The notes under the pieces are model-generated. The model had not been told where the DNA came from. It made no database searches and saw nothing but the letters and a program-made list of their open reading frames with translations. Positions 30,179-39,916 of a stretch of 64,000 nucleotides of DNA are shown in pieces. Source of the DNA: Corynebacterium sp. (lineage in GTDB: Bacteria; Actinomycetota; Actinomycetes; Mycobacteriales; Mycobacteriaceae); the NCBI RefSeq assembly GCF_030826625.1, contig NZ_JAPJNQ010000001.1, positions 36,187-100,186 on the forward strand, in the 5' to 3' direction. The stretch's first letter is position 1. Each line of letters begins with the position of its first letter. Made by a program: the position numbers and the translations under genes.

Positions 30179-31435
30179 ATGACTGATGCCGAAAGAGCGG
30201 TAGTGTTACGCCGCCATAAGATTTTTGTGACCAGCCTCCTGGTGCTGGCAGCAATCATCTTTTTGGCGTGTTCGTGGTGGCAAAGCCAACCAGGTGAAGC
30301 TCCGGCATGGGTCGGCTACGTCCGGGCGGCTGCCGAAGCGGGCATGGTTGGTGGATTGGCGGACTGGTTCGCTGTTACCGCGCTTTTTCGCCATCCTATG
30401 GGCCTGCCAATCCCGCACACAGCGCTGATCCGGAAGAAAAAAGACCAGTTGGGCGACTCGCTGTCGCAATTCGTCGGTGATAACTTCCTCAACGCAGAGC
30501 TCATCACTTCGAAGGTGCGCGAGGCCAAGTTGCCCGAGCTGTTGGGGGAGTGGTTGGGCAAGCACGAGAATGCGGAAAAGGTTTCCCACGAAACCGCGAA
30601 ACTCACCACGAATATCGTGCGCGCGATCGACCCGAACGAAGCCGAAGAGTTGATCCGTCGGCATGTCATCGACAAGGCTGCCGAACCGATCTGGGGGCCA
30701 CCGTTGGGGCGCACGCTGGACTCGCTTATCGACGAAGGCAAGCTAGAACCCGCGGTGGATGAGCTCATCAACTGGGCGAAAACCAAGCTTGCTGATTCGG
30801 AAGACGCCATCGTCACAATGATTGATGAACGCATGCCGACGTGGGCGCCGCGTTTCGCCCGCCAGTTGGTCGGCGACAAGGTCTTTCGCGAAATGTCGTC
30901 GTTTATCCGCGAAGTCGAGGCCGACCCACAACACCAGGCACGCAAATCCATTCGCAAGGGACTGCGCCAGTTGGCATATGACCTGCAGTTTGATGCGACG
31001 ATGATCAGCCGGGTTGAAGACTGGAAAACTGATGTGCGCGCATCGCGTGCAGTCGCCGCGCTACCAGGTTTGGTCTGGGAAAAAGCCTCCACCGGGTTTA
31101 TCGACGCGGCAGAAGACGCTGATTCCGCCTTGCGGCAAAAAATCGTTGAGCTGTGTGTGCGCTGGGGCGAGAACATTCGCAGCGACAAAGCTCTTCGCGA
31201 TTCTTTGGACCGACGCATCAATACTGCAGTGGAGTTTTTGGCTAATAACTACTCGTCAGAGGTGACAGGGATTATCTCAGAGACGATTGCTCGCTGGGAT
31301 GCCGACGAGGCAAGCAACAAGATCGAACTTATGGTGGGCAAAGATCTGCAGTTCATTCGCCTTAACGGAACAGTGGTGGGTGCGCTGGCTGGTTTGGTTA
31401 TCTACACTGTCAACCAACTTCTGTTTGGTGCCTAA
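30179..31435 (+). CDS. DUF445-family membrane-associated protein
   Basis: GGLADWFAVTALFRHPMGLPIPHTALI fits the DUF445 signature. 418 aa. Confidence 0.6.
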   Translation: MTDAERAVVLRRHKIFVTSLLVLAAIIFLACSWWQSQPGEAPAWVGYVRAAAEAGMVGGLADWFAVTALFRHPMGLPIPHTALIRKKKDQLGDSLSQFVGDNFLNAELITSKVREAKLPELLGEWLGKHENAEKVSHETAKLTTNIVRAIDPNEAEELIRRHVIDKAAEPIWGPPLGRTLDSLIDEGKLEPAVDELINWAKTKLADSEDAIVTMIDERMPTWAPRFARQLVGDKVFREMSSFIREVEADPQHQARKSIRKGLRQLAYDLQFDATMISRVEDWKTDVRASRAVAALPGLVWEKASTGFIDAAEDADSALRQKIVELCVRWGENIRSDKALRDSLDRRINTAVEFLANNYSSEVTGIISETIARWDADEASNKIELMVGKDLQFIRLNGTVVGALAGLVIYTVNQLLFGA

Positions 31436-31462
31436 ACTAGAACAACTTTGTGGAGAACGATC

Positions 31463-31945
31463 ATGACTAAAGATGAGAAGCGATTCAACGGCCGTGACGT
31501 AGTGGACTCGTTGAAAGATACGGGTTCGTCGTTGCGCTCGGTCATCGGCGAGTTCGCAGGGCATGCCGCAGCGAACTATCGGGACAATGGCGCTGCAGAA
31601 ACGGCGAAAAATGCTGCCCGCCAAACTGCGCGCGACGTTCGCGGAATCAGCAACCTCGATGACGTCAAAGAAACCGGATCGAAGCTATGGAAGCGCGGAA
31701 AATACCTGGGCAAAGAATTCAGTTCTGAGTTGCGCGATGCCGTCGGCAAGACTCGAAACAGTGAAGCCTCGACCGAGGCGAAAGAAAAACTCGACAACCT
31801 GAATGCACGAGCGAAGCAGACGTTGCGGCGGGTAAAGAAAGACAAGTCGACGAATCGATCGGCGGCGAAGACCAAAGACGGTAGGCCACGTATCATTGAA
31901 GGCGAAGTTATTGAGGTTGACGGTCGCAATCCCCACGAGAACTAG
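31463..31945 (+). CDS. Hypothetical hydrophilic Lys/Arg/Glu-rich protein
   Basis: The ATG at 31463 has a GGAGAA Shine-Dalgarno. No recognisable domain; stress-protein-like composition. Confidence 0.5.
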   Translation: MTKDEKRFNGRDVVDSLKDTGSSLRSVIGEFAGHAAANYRDNGAAETAKNAARQTARDVRGISNLDDVKETGSKLWKRGKYLGKEFSSELRDAVGKTRNSEASTEAKEKLDNLNARAKQTLRRVKKDKSTNRSAAKTKDGRPRIIEGEVIEVDGRNPHEN

Positions 31946-32043
31946 CTAACTCGGTTGCCGTAGGCAGGCTGCCGCGGGCATATCCAGGCAGCACGGAGAG
32001 TAGACGACCCACGAAATAGACTGATGAGGAATCACCACACGAC

Positions 32044-32433
32044 ATGATTGTTGACGTATTAGCGCAGGCCAGCGTGGCCGCGGAGCAGACCCAGCACCTC
32101 GCGCAGCTGCCACCCAGCGGGCCGAAACTGGAGCAGTGGCAGTCGAACCTGCTGGACGGAGTGTTCTGGTTGCAGCAGGGTATTTACTCGCTCGTCGCGA
32201 TCGCTGGCTTGGTCGGTGCGATTTCAGCTGCCATGACGCGTGACGACGCCTTCGATGCTGATTCCCGGCAATCGAAGATGGTGTGGGTGGCAATGCTGGC
32301 TGGTTCCGCGTTTATTGTGCCGATGCCAATTCCAATCCTGCCGTGGGTCGGTATGGTTCTTATCGGCCTGTACTGGTTCGATGTGCGCCCGTCGTTGAAG
32401 GCGTTGATCAACGGCGAGTACCGCTGGGATTAG
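32044..32433 (+). CDS. Hypothetical membrane protein (129 aa, 3 predicted TM helices)
   Basis: Hydrophobic segments. The stop at 32433 is immediately followed by the next gene. Confidence 0.45.
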   Translation: MIVDVLAQASVAAEQTQHLAQLPPSGPKLEQWQSNLLDGVFWLQQGIYSLVAIAGLVGAISAAMTRDDAFDADSRQSKMVWVAMLAGSAFIVPMPIPILPWVGMVLIGLYWFDVRPSLKALINGEYRWD

Positions 32434-32442
32434 CCTGCACTG

Positions 32443-33438
32443 ATGGAAACGAACTGGTTGCATAATTTTCTGGCGTGGGATTTACGAGCCCCGCAGATTG
32501 GTGTGACGGAAGTAAAAACCAAGGTTGCTGAGGCAATCGAAGCTGGAATTGTCGCGGTTGTGGTGAGCCCGCATCATGTATCGGTGGCAGCGCGCGCTGC
32601 TGGGGATGCTCAAGCAGTTTGGCAGTCTAACGCTACAGCCAGTGGCTCCGGGGATGTTAATGCTGCTGCCGGTGGCTCCGGGGATGTTGCGGCTTTGGAC
32701 GATGACAGCGAAGAAACCCCGTTGAGCATTATCGCTGCCGTTGGCTTTCCGACGGGGCGCCATCACATCTTGGTGAAAGCCTCTGAGGCACGGTTGGCGA
32801 TCTCGCAAGGAGCGCACCGAATCTGGGCGAGCCTCGATTCCAGTAACACTGATCAGAACGCGGTGCTGAGTGAATTGATTAGTTTGCGAGAAGCAGTCCC
32901 GTACCCGGCACAACTCGGGGTGATCGTTGCTCATAATGCTACAGAAGTTGCTCACAACGCCACAGAAATAGCACGAGCCTGTGAGCTTGCGAAGGTAGAT
33001 CAACTCGTGGTGGTGCCACCTGAAAACCACCCATCTCGTTTGTTGCCGACTCCGGGGCGGGTGAATCCTGATGCTCGCCAGGAAGCTAGTTCTGAGCTTG
33101 TTGCAGGCCATGAAACCGGAGAAGTTTCGGCAACTAGTTCCATGCTGCATCTTGCACAGAAACTGCCCGATCACACACCTGTCGTTCTCGATGCAGGAGC
33201 AGGAAAGCCCGCTGATTGGCAGGAGGGTGCCAGCGCCGACGGAACCGGAACCGGCAGGGCCAGCGCCGACGGAACCGGAAGCAGCACCAAGCAAGCTGCA
33301 GAGCACACAACACCGGATACAGACAGCCTCCCTGAATGGTTGGTGGCAGAATCCGCGGATCTTGCAGGCAACAGAAGAGCCCTAGCGCAAGCAAAAACCG
33401 CCAAGAATATCTTGGCGGTCATCCCAGCGCCACACTAG
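32443..33438 (+). CDS. DeoC-like (deoxyribose-phosphate aldolase fold) protein with three in-frame low-complexity tandem repeats; tentative
   Basis: DLRAPQIGVTEV...AGIVAVVVSPHHV...AAVGFPTG resembles the DeoC IDHTLLKP...CVNPSYV...VIGFPLG pattern. The repeats are GSGDVNAAAGGSGDV, NATEVAHNATEIA and ASADGTGTGRASADGTGS. The assignment is by eye only. Confidence 0.4.
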   Translation: METNWLHNFLAWDLRAPQIGVTEVKTKVAEAIEAGIVAVVVSPHHVSVAARAAGDAQAVWQSNATASGSGDVNAAAGGSGDVAALDDDSEETPLSIIAAVGFPTGRHHILVKASEARLAISQGAHRIWASLDSSNTDQNAVLSELISLREAVPYPAQLGVIVAHNATEVAHNATEIARACELAKVDQLVVVPPENHPSRLLPTPGRVNPDARQEASSELVAGHETGEVSATSSMLHLAQKLPDHTPVVLDAGAGKPADWQEGASADGTGTGRASADGTGSSTKQAAEHTTPDTDSLPEWLVAESADLAGNRRALAQAKTAKNILAVIPAPH

Positions 33439-33490
33439 CGTCCCATCGCAGCCTAGCGTCAAAAATACCTGGACGAGTAGGGAAGCTAGT

Positions 33491-34333
33491 CTAGCTTTGT
33501 CGGGTTGGCGTATTACCTTGAGGCGTTGAGTTTAACTCTTTACTCATCTGCGCGGGGTTTACATTGTTGCCTTCCATGGTGATCAGCAAACCGTCTTCGC
33601 TGAATTCGATCGCAGTGATATCCAGCTGGCCGCCTGTGGCCCCACGCAGATTTTCGTTCAAAGATTTTGCGATGCCATCGGCAGCGCCGTCGGGAAGCGT
33701 GAAGCCTAGTAGTTTTGCTTCGGAAGCTTCGAAAGCGACGTTGCCGGCTTCGTCGACATGGGGGCGCAACGAGAGATTAGCCGCGCCGGACAAGAATTTG
33801 ATGCTGATGGTTTCAGCAGCCTTATCCGTGGTGATGTCCGAAACCACCAGCTCGCCCCAAAAGCCCGCGCCACCGAGTTGTTCGCGCAGCCCTTCTTGGA
33901 TGGTGTGGGTGAGATAATCGTCGGGAAGCTCCGAACGGGTACGCAAAAATTCCGCCTCGCCGGATTTGAGAGTCATGGACTCCATGTGCACGTGCGAGGC
34001 GGGCATACCCTTGTATGAGCCCTCGGCATCCTGCTGCAACGTCGACGGGGTATCAATATTGACCTCGTTGAGCTTGCCACTGACCAGGCCGAACAACACC
34101 GGACTGGAACCGAAAGAAACCTCGGGGTCTTCGGTCATCTCGATGCCCTGCTCCTCGATATCTTCGCGGAAACTAGAGCGCAGCTGCTGACCAATGAAAA
34201 AACGCGCGGCAAATTCCGCCAGCAACACCAGGACCAACACCGCAACCAAGACGGCGACGATAACTTTCCAGGCGGTTGCGGCAGATGATTTTGCTTTGGA
34301 GCTAGTTGGCTGAGAGCTAGTTGGCATAGCCAT
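33491..34333 (-). CDS. Membrane-anchored hypothetical protein (possibly DUF2993/LmeA-like)
   Basis: A Ser/Thr-rich N-terminus, a single TM helix (VIVAVLVAVLVLVLL), then a soluble domain. Confidence 0.4.
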   Translation of the reverse strand: MAMPTSSQPTSSKAKSSAATAWKVIVAVLVAVLVLVLLAEFAARFFIGQQLRSSFREDIEEQGIEMTEDPEVSFGSSPVLFGLVSGKLNEVNIDTPSTLQQDAEGSYKGMPASHVHMESMTLKSGEAEFLRTRSELPDDYLTHTIQEGLREQLGGAGFWGELVVSDITTDKAAETISIKFLSGAANLSLRPHVDEAGNVAFEASEAKLLGFTLPDGAADGIAKSLNENLRGATGGQLDITAIEFSEDGLLITMEGNNVNPAQMSKELNSTPQGNTPTRQS

Positions 34334-34415
34334 AGTCTAGCGTGCGTTCTACTCTCAGATAAGCCGGAACCTGGTGGCTTCTGAGAGCCGCACGCAGTTG
34401 AGAGCCGCACGCAGC

Positions 34416-34907
34416 TTAGAGGTTCTCGCTAATCCACTTCTCGGTGAGCTCGCCCTCGTTGCTGAACAGCTCGTCCAAGGCCTCGCCGACCTTAGGCTCG
34501 ATGGCTGCGCCCATCATCGGGATGTTGACGGAAACATCGTTGGTATAGCTCAGGGTCGTGGTCTCGCCCTGGCCTTCCAGCTTGATTGTGCCCTTAAAGT
34601 CGACCGGGGTGCCCTTGACATCAGCGGTGTAGGAAAGCTCGGCCTTGTCGCCAGCCAGCTCGCCGACCTTGACGGTGCGCTTGACCTTCAGTGACTGCGA
34701 AACCATCGCGCGCACAGCCTCCGGCAAAATCGTGACTGGCAGCAGCTCGAACAAGGTGGCCTCGTTGTTTGCGAACTGGTTGAGCTCACCTGGTTCTGGG
34801 GAGAGGTTTTCGGCGATGTATGCCCAGTACTTCTCGTTAGTCAGTGCCTGGTGCACTTTTTCGGCGGATTGGTTAATCGTTACTGTGTTTTCGCTACGGG
34901 TAGACAT
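34416..34907 (-). CDS. SRPBCC/polyketide-cyclase-like small protein (DUF2505-like)
   Basis: 163 aa. Composition and size fit actinobacterial DUF2505. The assignment is weak. Confidence 0.45.
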   Translation of the reverse strand: MSTRSENTVTINQSAEKVHQALTNEKYWAYIAENLSPEPGELNQFANNEATLFELLPVTILPEAVRAMVSQSLKVKRTVKVGELAGDKAELSYTADVKGTPVDFKGTIKLEGQGETTTLSYTNDVSVNIPMMGAAIEPKVGEALDELFSNEGELTEKWISENL

Positions 34908-34924
34908 GCCCTACAGACTACCCT

Positions 34925-36148
34925 GTGAAAGTGATGAATGATTTTAAGACGCAAGCAAACAAGGCCCTAGAAAATCCGGAATTGCGCGCGCTTGTCGACG
35001 ATGGCTCGCTCACCCACGTCGATGGCGTCGAGTTTGCGGAACTCACGACGTTCCACCTGGGTGGTGCGCCGCAGGCTGCGGTGCGCGTTAGCACCAGCGA
35101 GGCCGCCGCTGCGGTGGTGCGCGCCCTGGATACCGCTGGGGTGGAGCTGCTGATTGTGGGTGGCGGTTCCAATTTGCTGGTCACTGATGCTCCGCTAGAT
35201 CTCGTTGCCGTGATCATGGACGACGATCACTTGCAGATCGAGCCTTCCACCGGCCTGCTGCGCGCAGGCGCCGGCGCGGTGTGGGATGAGGTAGTCGCCG
35301 CCAGCATCGACGCTGGCCTGGGTGGTCTGGAGTGTTTGTCGGGGATTCCAGGCTCGGCCGGTGCAACCCCGGTGCAAAACGTCGGCGCTTATGGCGCGGA
35401 GATCGCAGATGTGCTCACCCGCGTGCAGCTGCTGGATCGTGCCACCGGCACCGTCGAATGGGTGCCTGCCGACGCGCTCGATTTGGCGTATCGCTATTCG
35501 AATTTGAAGTTCACCTCGCGTGGGGTGGTGCTCGCGGTGGAGTTTCAGCTGCACACTGATGGTCTCTCGGCGTCGCTGCGTTTCGGCCAGTTGGCGGGTG
35601 AGCCTGGCCAGCGCCGCGATCCGGCTAGCGTGCGCGAGGAGGTGCTGGGCCTGCGTCGTTCCAAGGGCATGGTGCACGATCCGGTGGATCATGACACCTG
35701 GTCGGCGGGTTCGTTTTTCACTAACCCGGTGGTGCCAGAATCGCTTGCCGACGAGATCACCCAGGTGGTCGCCGCTGAGCTGGGTGCCGACGAGGCTGCG
35801 GGCATGCCGCGCTTCCCGGTGGAGGTAGGCAGCATGGCCACTGGGAGTTCTGCCACTGGGGGTTCCGGTGCCGCAGGGGCTTGCGGTGGGGAAGCTACCG
35901 GCGAAGCCGAAGCACTGGTGAAACTGTCGGCAGCGTGGTTGATTGAGCGGGCAGGTTTTGCAAAAGGCTACCCGGGCGAACAAGCGCCGGCGCGCTTGTC
36001 TACGAAGCACACGCTGGCACTCACTAACCGCGGAAGTGCCCGTGCAGACGACGTCGTCAAGCTAGCCCGCGAAGTCCGCGCCGGGGTATATGAGAAATTT
36101 GGGGTAGAACTAGAGCCCGAGCCGCTGTGGATCGGGTTGGAAATCTAG
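34925..36148 (+). CDS. murB: UDP-N-acetylenolpyruvoylglucosamine reductase
   Basis: FAD-binding domain (TTFHLGGAPQAAVRVST...LLIVGGGSNLLV) and the C-terminal MurB domain. It contains a Gly/Ser/Ala/Thr-rich insert of about 35 aa (VGSMATGSSATGGSGAAGACGGEATGEAEA). GTG start at 34925; the ATG at 34934 is the alternative. Confidence 0.85.
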   Translation: MKVMNDFKTQANKALENPELRALVDDGSLTHVDGVEFAELTTFHLGGAPQAAVRVSTSEAAAAVVRALDTAGVELLIVGGGSNLLVTDAPLDLVAVIMDDDHLQIEPSTGLLRAGAGAVWDEVVAASIDAGLGGLECLSGIPGSAGATPVQNVGAYGAEIADVLTRVQLLDRATGTVEWVPADALDLAYRYSNLKFTSRGVVLAVEFQLHTDGLSASLRFGQLAGEPGQRRDPASVREEVLGLRRSKGMVHDPVDHDTWSAGSFFTNPVVPESLADEITQVVAAELGADEAAGMPRFPVEVGSMATGSSATGGSGAAGACGGEATGEAEALVKLSAAWLIERAGFAKGYPGEQAPARLSTKHTLALTNRGSARADDVVKLAREVRAGVYEKFGVELEPEPLWIGLEI

Positions 36149-36200
36149 CTGCGAGACGCGCACGGCGCAGGGTAGGGCTGTACTTTAGCGCGGGTGCGGC

Positions 36201-36707
36201 TTAGCGCGGCACATCGATGGTGATGGTCTCGCCGCCGTAACCGTGTTCTTGGTCGTGGCCTTCGACGGTGATCTTGGCGACGCCCTCGGGGATGACGAAA
36301 GGGCCGCGCGAGCGGGTAAAAGGCTGCTCGTTGGCGTGATCGTGAGCGAGTTCGTGTTCGGCTAGCACGTTGCCGTCTTCGTCGAGCACGCGCCAGCCGT
36401 CGGCGTAGCGATCTGGAGAATCGTACGGCGAGGAGACGGTGACGGCGATGTCGTATTCGCCGCCGTCGGGGCCGGAGAGCTCGGCAGATAGGATGTCGGG
36501 GTATTTCTGGTCGGCTGCGTCCGAAGCGGCATCTTTTGCATCGTCGGCCGCGCTGCCTGCGGCGTTAGTAGCGGATTCAACTGCGCGCGAGGCCTGCTCG
36601 GTAGCGTTATCTGCCACCTCGTCGGCGGTCTCCTGCGCGTTGGAACACGCGGCCAGGGTGAGCGCGGACGTGGCGACCAGGGCGGTAAAAGTGCGCGAAA
36701 GTTTCAT
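36201..36707 (-). CDS. Hypothetical lipoprotein
   Basis: Signal peptide with lipobox MKLSRTFTALVATSALTLAAC. Acidic mature protein. Confidence 0.55.
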   Translation of the reverse strand: MKLSRTFTALVATSALTLAACSNAQETADEVADNATEQASRAVESATNAAGSAADDAKDAASDAADQKYPDILSAELSGPDGGEYDIAVTVSSPYDSPDRYADGWRVLDEDGNVLAEHELAHDHANEQPFTRSRGPFVIPEGVAKITVEGHDQEHGYGGETITIDVPR

Positions 36708-36779
36708 ATCGCCCCAGTATATCGGCTTGCTAGACCGTCCTAGATCGCCCGGGAGTGCACTAGACCGCCCGGGAATGCC

Positions 36780-38027
36780 CTATTTATAGGTGTATTTGCC
36801 TTTCGTGACGCTGGCCCAGGCGACCGGAAGCTGCTGCTTGTAATACGGCCAGTCGTGGATGCCGGTTGGCGCAAAGTCGAATTCAATGCCCTCGTGCATC
36901 AGACCTTTTTCTTGCAGCGAACGTTGCAGTTCCGCGGTGCACTGGTTGGTGAGTTTTTCCAGCGTGATGTTGCCGAAAAACGTCGGTACGCCTTCGCTGC
37001 GGGCCAGATCAATATCGTGCTGGGTGGCGTGGCCATTGGCGGAATAGATATACACCGGCATCTGGGCGATGCCTTTGGGGTCAGCAATCACGTCATTACG
37101 CAGGCGCTCTGGAGTGGTGCCGGTGCCCCACATCAGATCTGGGTTTCCACCCATGACGCGGGAGCCCAAGTTGAAATAGGCGCGGCCCGCGGTGCTTGTC
37201 GACGAATAACAACCCGAGACCGAGAAAGTGCCGGAATACAGGTGCGGGTACAGGTTGGCTAAGCGGATGGCCGCTGATCCGCCCATGGACAGCCCACCGA
37301 TATAACGCTCGCCGTTGAAGGCGATGCCGCTTTGCTGCTCCATCACGCCGGGCAGTTCTTGGGTCAGGAAGGTCTCCCATTTCGCGCGGCCCAGGTATGG
37401 GTCGGTCTCGTTCCAGTCGGTGTAGTTGGTGCCACCGGCCTCGACCGGCATGACGGTGGTGACGTGCTCATTCGCCATGGTGCCTTGCACATCGCCTTTG
37501 CGTAGCCAGCCGGATTGGCGTGGCGCTGACACACCGTCGAGAAGATACAGCATTGGTGCTGCCGTTTTGCGATTCTTTGGGTATTGCACCTGGACTTGCA
37601 CGACGCGACGCATAGCCGGGGATTCTACGTAGAGGCGCTCGACGTCGAAACGCTCGTCCGGTTCGCGGTGAACCAGGCGTGGCTCGGCGAAATCCCGCTC
37701 GTTTTCGATCGGGTACGGCGTCGGTGAGCCCCAGAGATTCCACATCGGTAGCTGGTGCCAAGGGGTGTGGTTCTGGAAGAACTGGAGGGCGTCGAGCACG
37801 TGGCCTTGCACCGCGGGGTCTTTCGACCAGTCGGCCATTGGTTCGGAAGATACGTCGAAGGCGATGCGCGAGCTGGTCTCGCTGGAGAATTGTTGGGCCT
37901 GCGCCTGTGGGGCGGTCGAAGATGAGACAGTGGCGACAACCGGCAGGCTGAGCGTGGCGGTTAACGCTAGGGCACTAGCGCGGCGGAAAAGTGTGCGGCG
38001 AGGCGACAGTTTACGGCGAGGCGACAT
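36780..38027 (-). CDS. Ag85/corynomycolyltransferase-family esterase (second paralog)
   Basis: An Arg-rich, Tat-like signal (MSPRRKLSPRRTLFRRASALAL), GGLSMGGSAAIRLA nucleophile elbow, and similarity to the 22261-23385 product. Confidence 0.7.
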   Translation of the reverse strand: MSPRRKLSPRRTLFRRASALALTATLSLPVVATVSSSTAPQAQAQQFSSETSSRIAFDVSSEPMADWSKDPAVQGHVLDALQFFQNHTPWHQLPMWNLWGSPTPYPIENERDFAEPRLVHREPDERFDVERLYVESPAMRRVVQVQVQYPKNRKTAAPMLYLLDGVSAPRQSGWLRKGDVQGTMANEHVTTVMPVEAGGTNYTDWNETDPYLGRAKWETFLTQELPGVMEQQSGIAFNGERYIGGLSMGGSAAIRLANLYPHLYSGTFSVSGCYSSTSTAGRAYFNLGSRVMGGNPDLMWGTGTTPERLRNDVIADPKGIAQMPVYIYSANGHATQHDIDLARSEGVPTFFGNITLEKLTNQCTAELQRSLQEKGLMHEGIEFDFAPTGIHDWPYYKQQLPVAWASVTKGKYTYK

Positions 38028-38209
38028 AGGTGGGCTCCAGGAGGATCAGTCGAGTGAGTGTTTTCGCGGCGGCGTGGCGTGCTTACCGACGAGTTCTGGA
38101 GACATCTTAAATGGGGTCGCCGAGAAATGTAGAATCCCAAAAGCTTTCGCGAATTATTTGGGTACCCTGGGTTTACGTGACACTCTAATCCCTGAAGGCG
38201 GAATTCCTT

Positions 38210-38668
38210 ATGGCGAATCAACAATCTCGTCTACATTCACAAGTTTTTGGATACAACGCTGCTCGCTGGGTGGTGGTCGCAGTGATAGTAGCGATCACCA
38301 TCTGGTTCCTGCTCGTGATGAGTTGGATGGCGTTTCCCATGGTCATCGTGACGGCAATCGTCGTGTTGTTTCACATCGACACTCAGTTAGACCAGAAGCA
38401 GCAGACGCTAAAAATCAAAGTCCTGTGGGTCCCTCTAAAAACCTGCAACTTTGCAGATATCAAGGAAGCTGCTATTCCACAGGATCCTTTGCCATTGGAA
38501 CGTAATACCTTCGGCGTGCACTTCGTCGGAGGTGCATTGTCCATGCACGCGGGCGCGGCAAACTTGGCGCTGGAGATGACAGATGGCAAAACCTACCGCG
38601 TGACGGTGGACCGACCACAGCAGTTTGTGCAGCGGTTGAATAACGCGGCCCTGAATAACGCAGCTTAA
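38210..38668 (+). CDS. Hypothetical membrane protein (152 aa)
   Basis: Two N-terminal TM helices then a soluble domain. GAAGG Shine-Dalgarno. Confidence 0.45.
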   Translation: MANQQSRLHSQVFGYNAARWVVVAVIVAITIWFLLVMSWMAFPMVIVTAIVVLFHIDTQLDQKQQTLKIKVLWVPLKTCNFADIKEAAIPQDPLPLERNTFGVHFVGGALSMHAGAANLALEMTDGKTYRVTVDRPQQFVQRLNNAALNNAA

Positions 38669-38669
38669 C

Positions 38670-39635
38670 CTAGCGGGTGCCGTAGACCCGTCCAGGTTCT
38701 GGGGCGCCGTGCAGGCGGTCCAAAGTGACTGGTTCGAGGCCTTTGGCGCGCAGCCCGTCGATGATGCAGGTGGTCGCATCCGCCGTGGTGTTGTGGATAT
38801 CGTGCAGCAGTACCACCTCGCCGCCGTCGGCTTGGTTGACCGAACGCTCGCAGACGGTCTGAGCATTGCGATCGCGCCAGTCGAAGACGATGACATCCCA
38901 CAGCGCGAGCCCCATCCCGTGCGCACGCGCTGCCTGCACGACGTGATCATTGTGCGCGCCGTACGGTGGGCGCAACCAGCGCGGGGTCGTTCCCGTTACA
39001 GATTGCACAGCCCGGGTGTTCTGCGCGATCTCGGCATTGACCCGTGCTGGGCTGCTCAGTGCGAAGTTCACGTGCGTCGTACCGTGATTGCCGATGGTGT
39101 GGCCCGAGTTGACGATGCGACGTGCCGTATCAGGCAGAGCGTGCACCATCGGGGTTTGCACGAAAAACGTTGCTTTTGTTTGCTTCGCGTCGAGAGTGTC
39201 CAGAATCCGGTTGGTGGGCGGTTGCGGGCCATCGTCAAAGGTGAGGGCAACGCAGTTCGAGCAATCACCATTCGGGGCGACTGGTGCTGGTGGTTGATAA
39301 CCAGGCTGCATGTTCGGTGGAGTCGGCTTGCTGCGCGGTTGTGGAGTAGACGATAGCTGTTGAACCTCTTTGGGCAGCGTTGCGTAAAACGCGCGGTAGG
39401 CCTCATCGGTGGAGTTGTGGAAAAACTCCAGGATCTGCGAGCCCAGCTGGAAATGATCCCAGCGCGGCACAAGAGAGCTGGCGGGGAGGGCAGGTGCGGA
39501 AGAAGCAAGATTTACCACGGCGCCAGAGCGCGCCGAATCGCTGGAACCCGCAGGGTTAGCATGTGCCTGGAGCGGGGACGAAAACAAGCTCGCAATGATG
39601 GTGAACGAGCCGAAAATTGCGGCAAGTTTTTTCAC
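38670..39635 (-). CDS. Secreted polysaccharide deacetylase (NodB/CE4 family)
   Basis: LTFDDGP, IGNHGTTH and RPPYG NodB motifs. The GTG start at 39635 (VKKLAAIFGSFTIIASLFSSPLQAHA signal peptide, GGAAAGG Shine-Dalgarno) is preferred over the longer ORF-track start. Confidence 0.75.
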   Translation of the reverse strand: MKKLAAIFGSFTIIASLFSSPLQAHANPAGSSDSARSGAVVNLASSAPALPASSLVPRWDHFQLGSQILEFFHNSTDEAYRAFYATLPKEVQQLSSTPQPRSKPTPPNMQPGYQPPAPVAPNGDCSNCVALTFDDGPQPPTNRILDTLDAKQTKATFFVQTPMVHALPDTARRIVNSGHTIGNHGTTHVNFALSSPARVNAEIAQNTRAVQSVTGTTPRWLRPPYGAHNDHVVQAARAHGMGLALWDVIVFDWRDRNAQTVCERSVNQADGGEVVLLHDIHNTTADATTCIIDGLRAKGLEPVTLDRLHGAPEPGRVYGTR

Positions 39636-39786
39636 GTCTGAAGCCTTTCCAGAAATGATTTTTCCAAAGTAAATGGGGCGAAAAGTTAGCCACCTGACTG
39701 TAGCGAGTGACAGAAGTGAAAACAGTATATCCCTGTTGCAGTAAGGCGGGGTGTAGGTGGTACCGCGATGGTCGGCCTTTCGGGTA

Positions 39787-39814
39787 TGAAAAAACCGGGC
39801 CCGAGGGCCCGGTT
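39787..39814 (-). terminator. Intrinsic terminator downstream of fas
   Basis: On the minus strand, ccaaccgggccc-tc-gggcccggtt followed by TTTTTT: a 10-bp GC-rich stem with a U-run. Confidence 0.55.
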
Positions 39815-39916
39815 GGAGCATGCCAGAGCACACCGCCCAGCTTCTGCACGCAGCCAAGCTAGTCTAGGCAGCTGGTGCACGCAGACTAGACAACCACTGC
39901 GTGCAATCTAGTCAGA

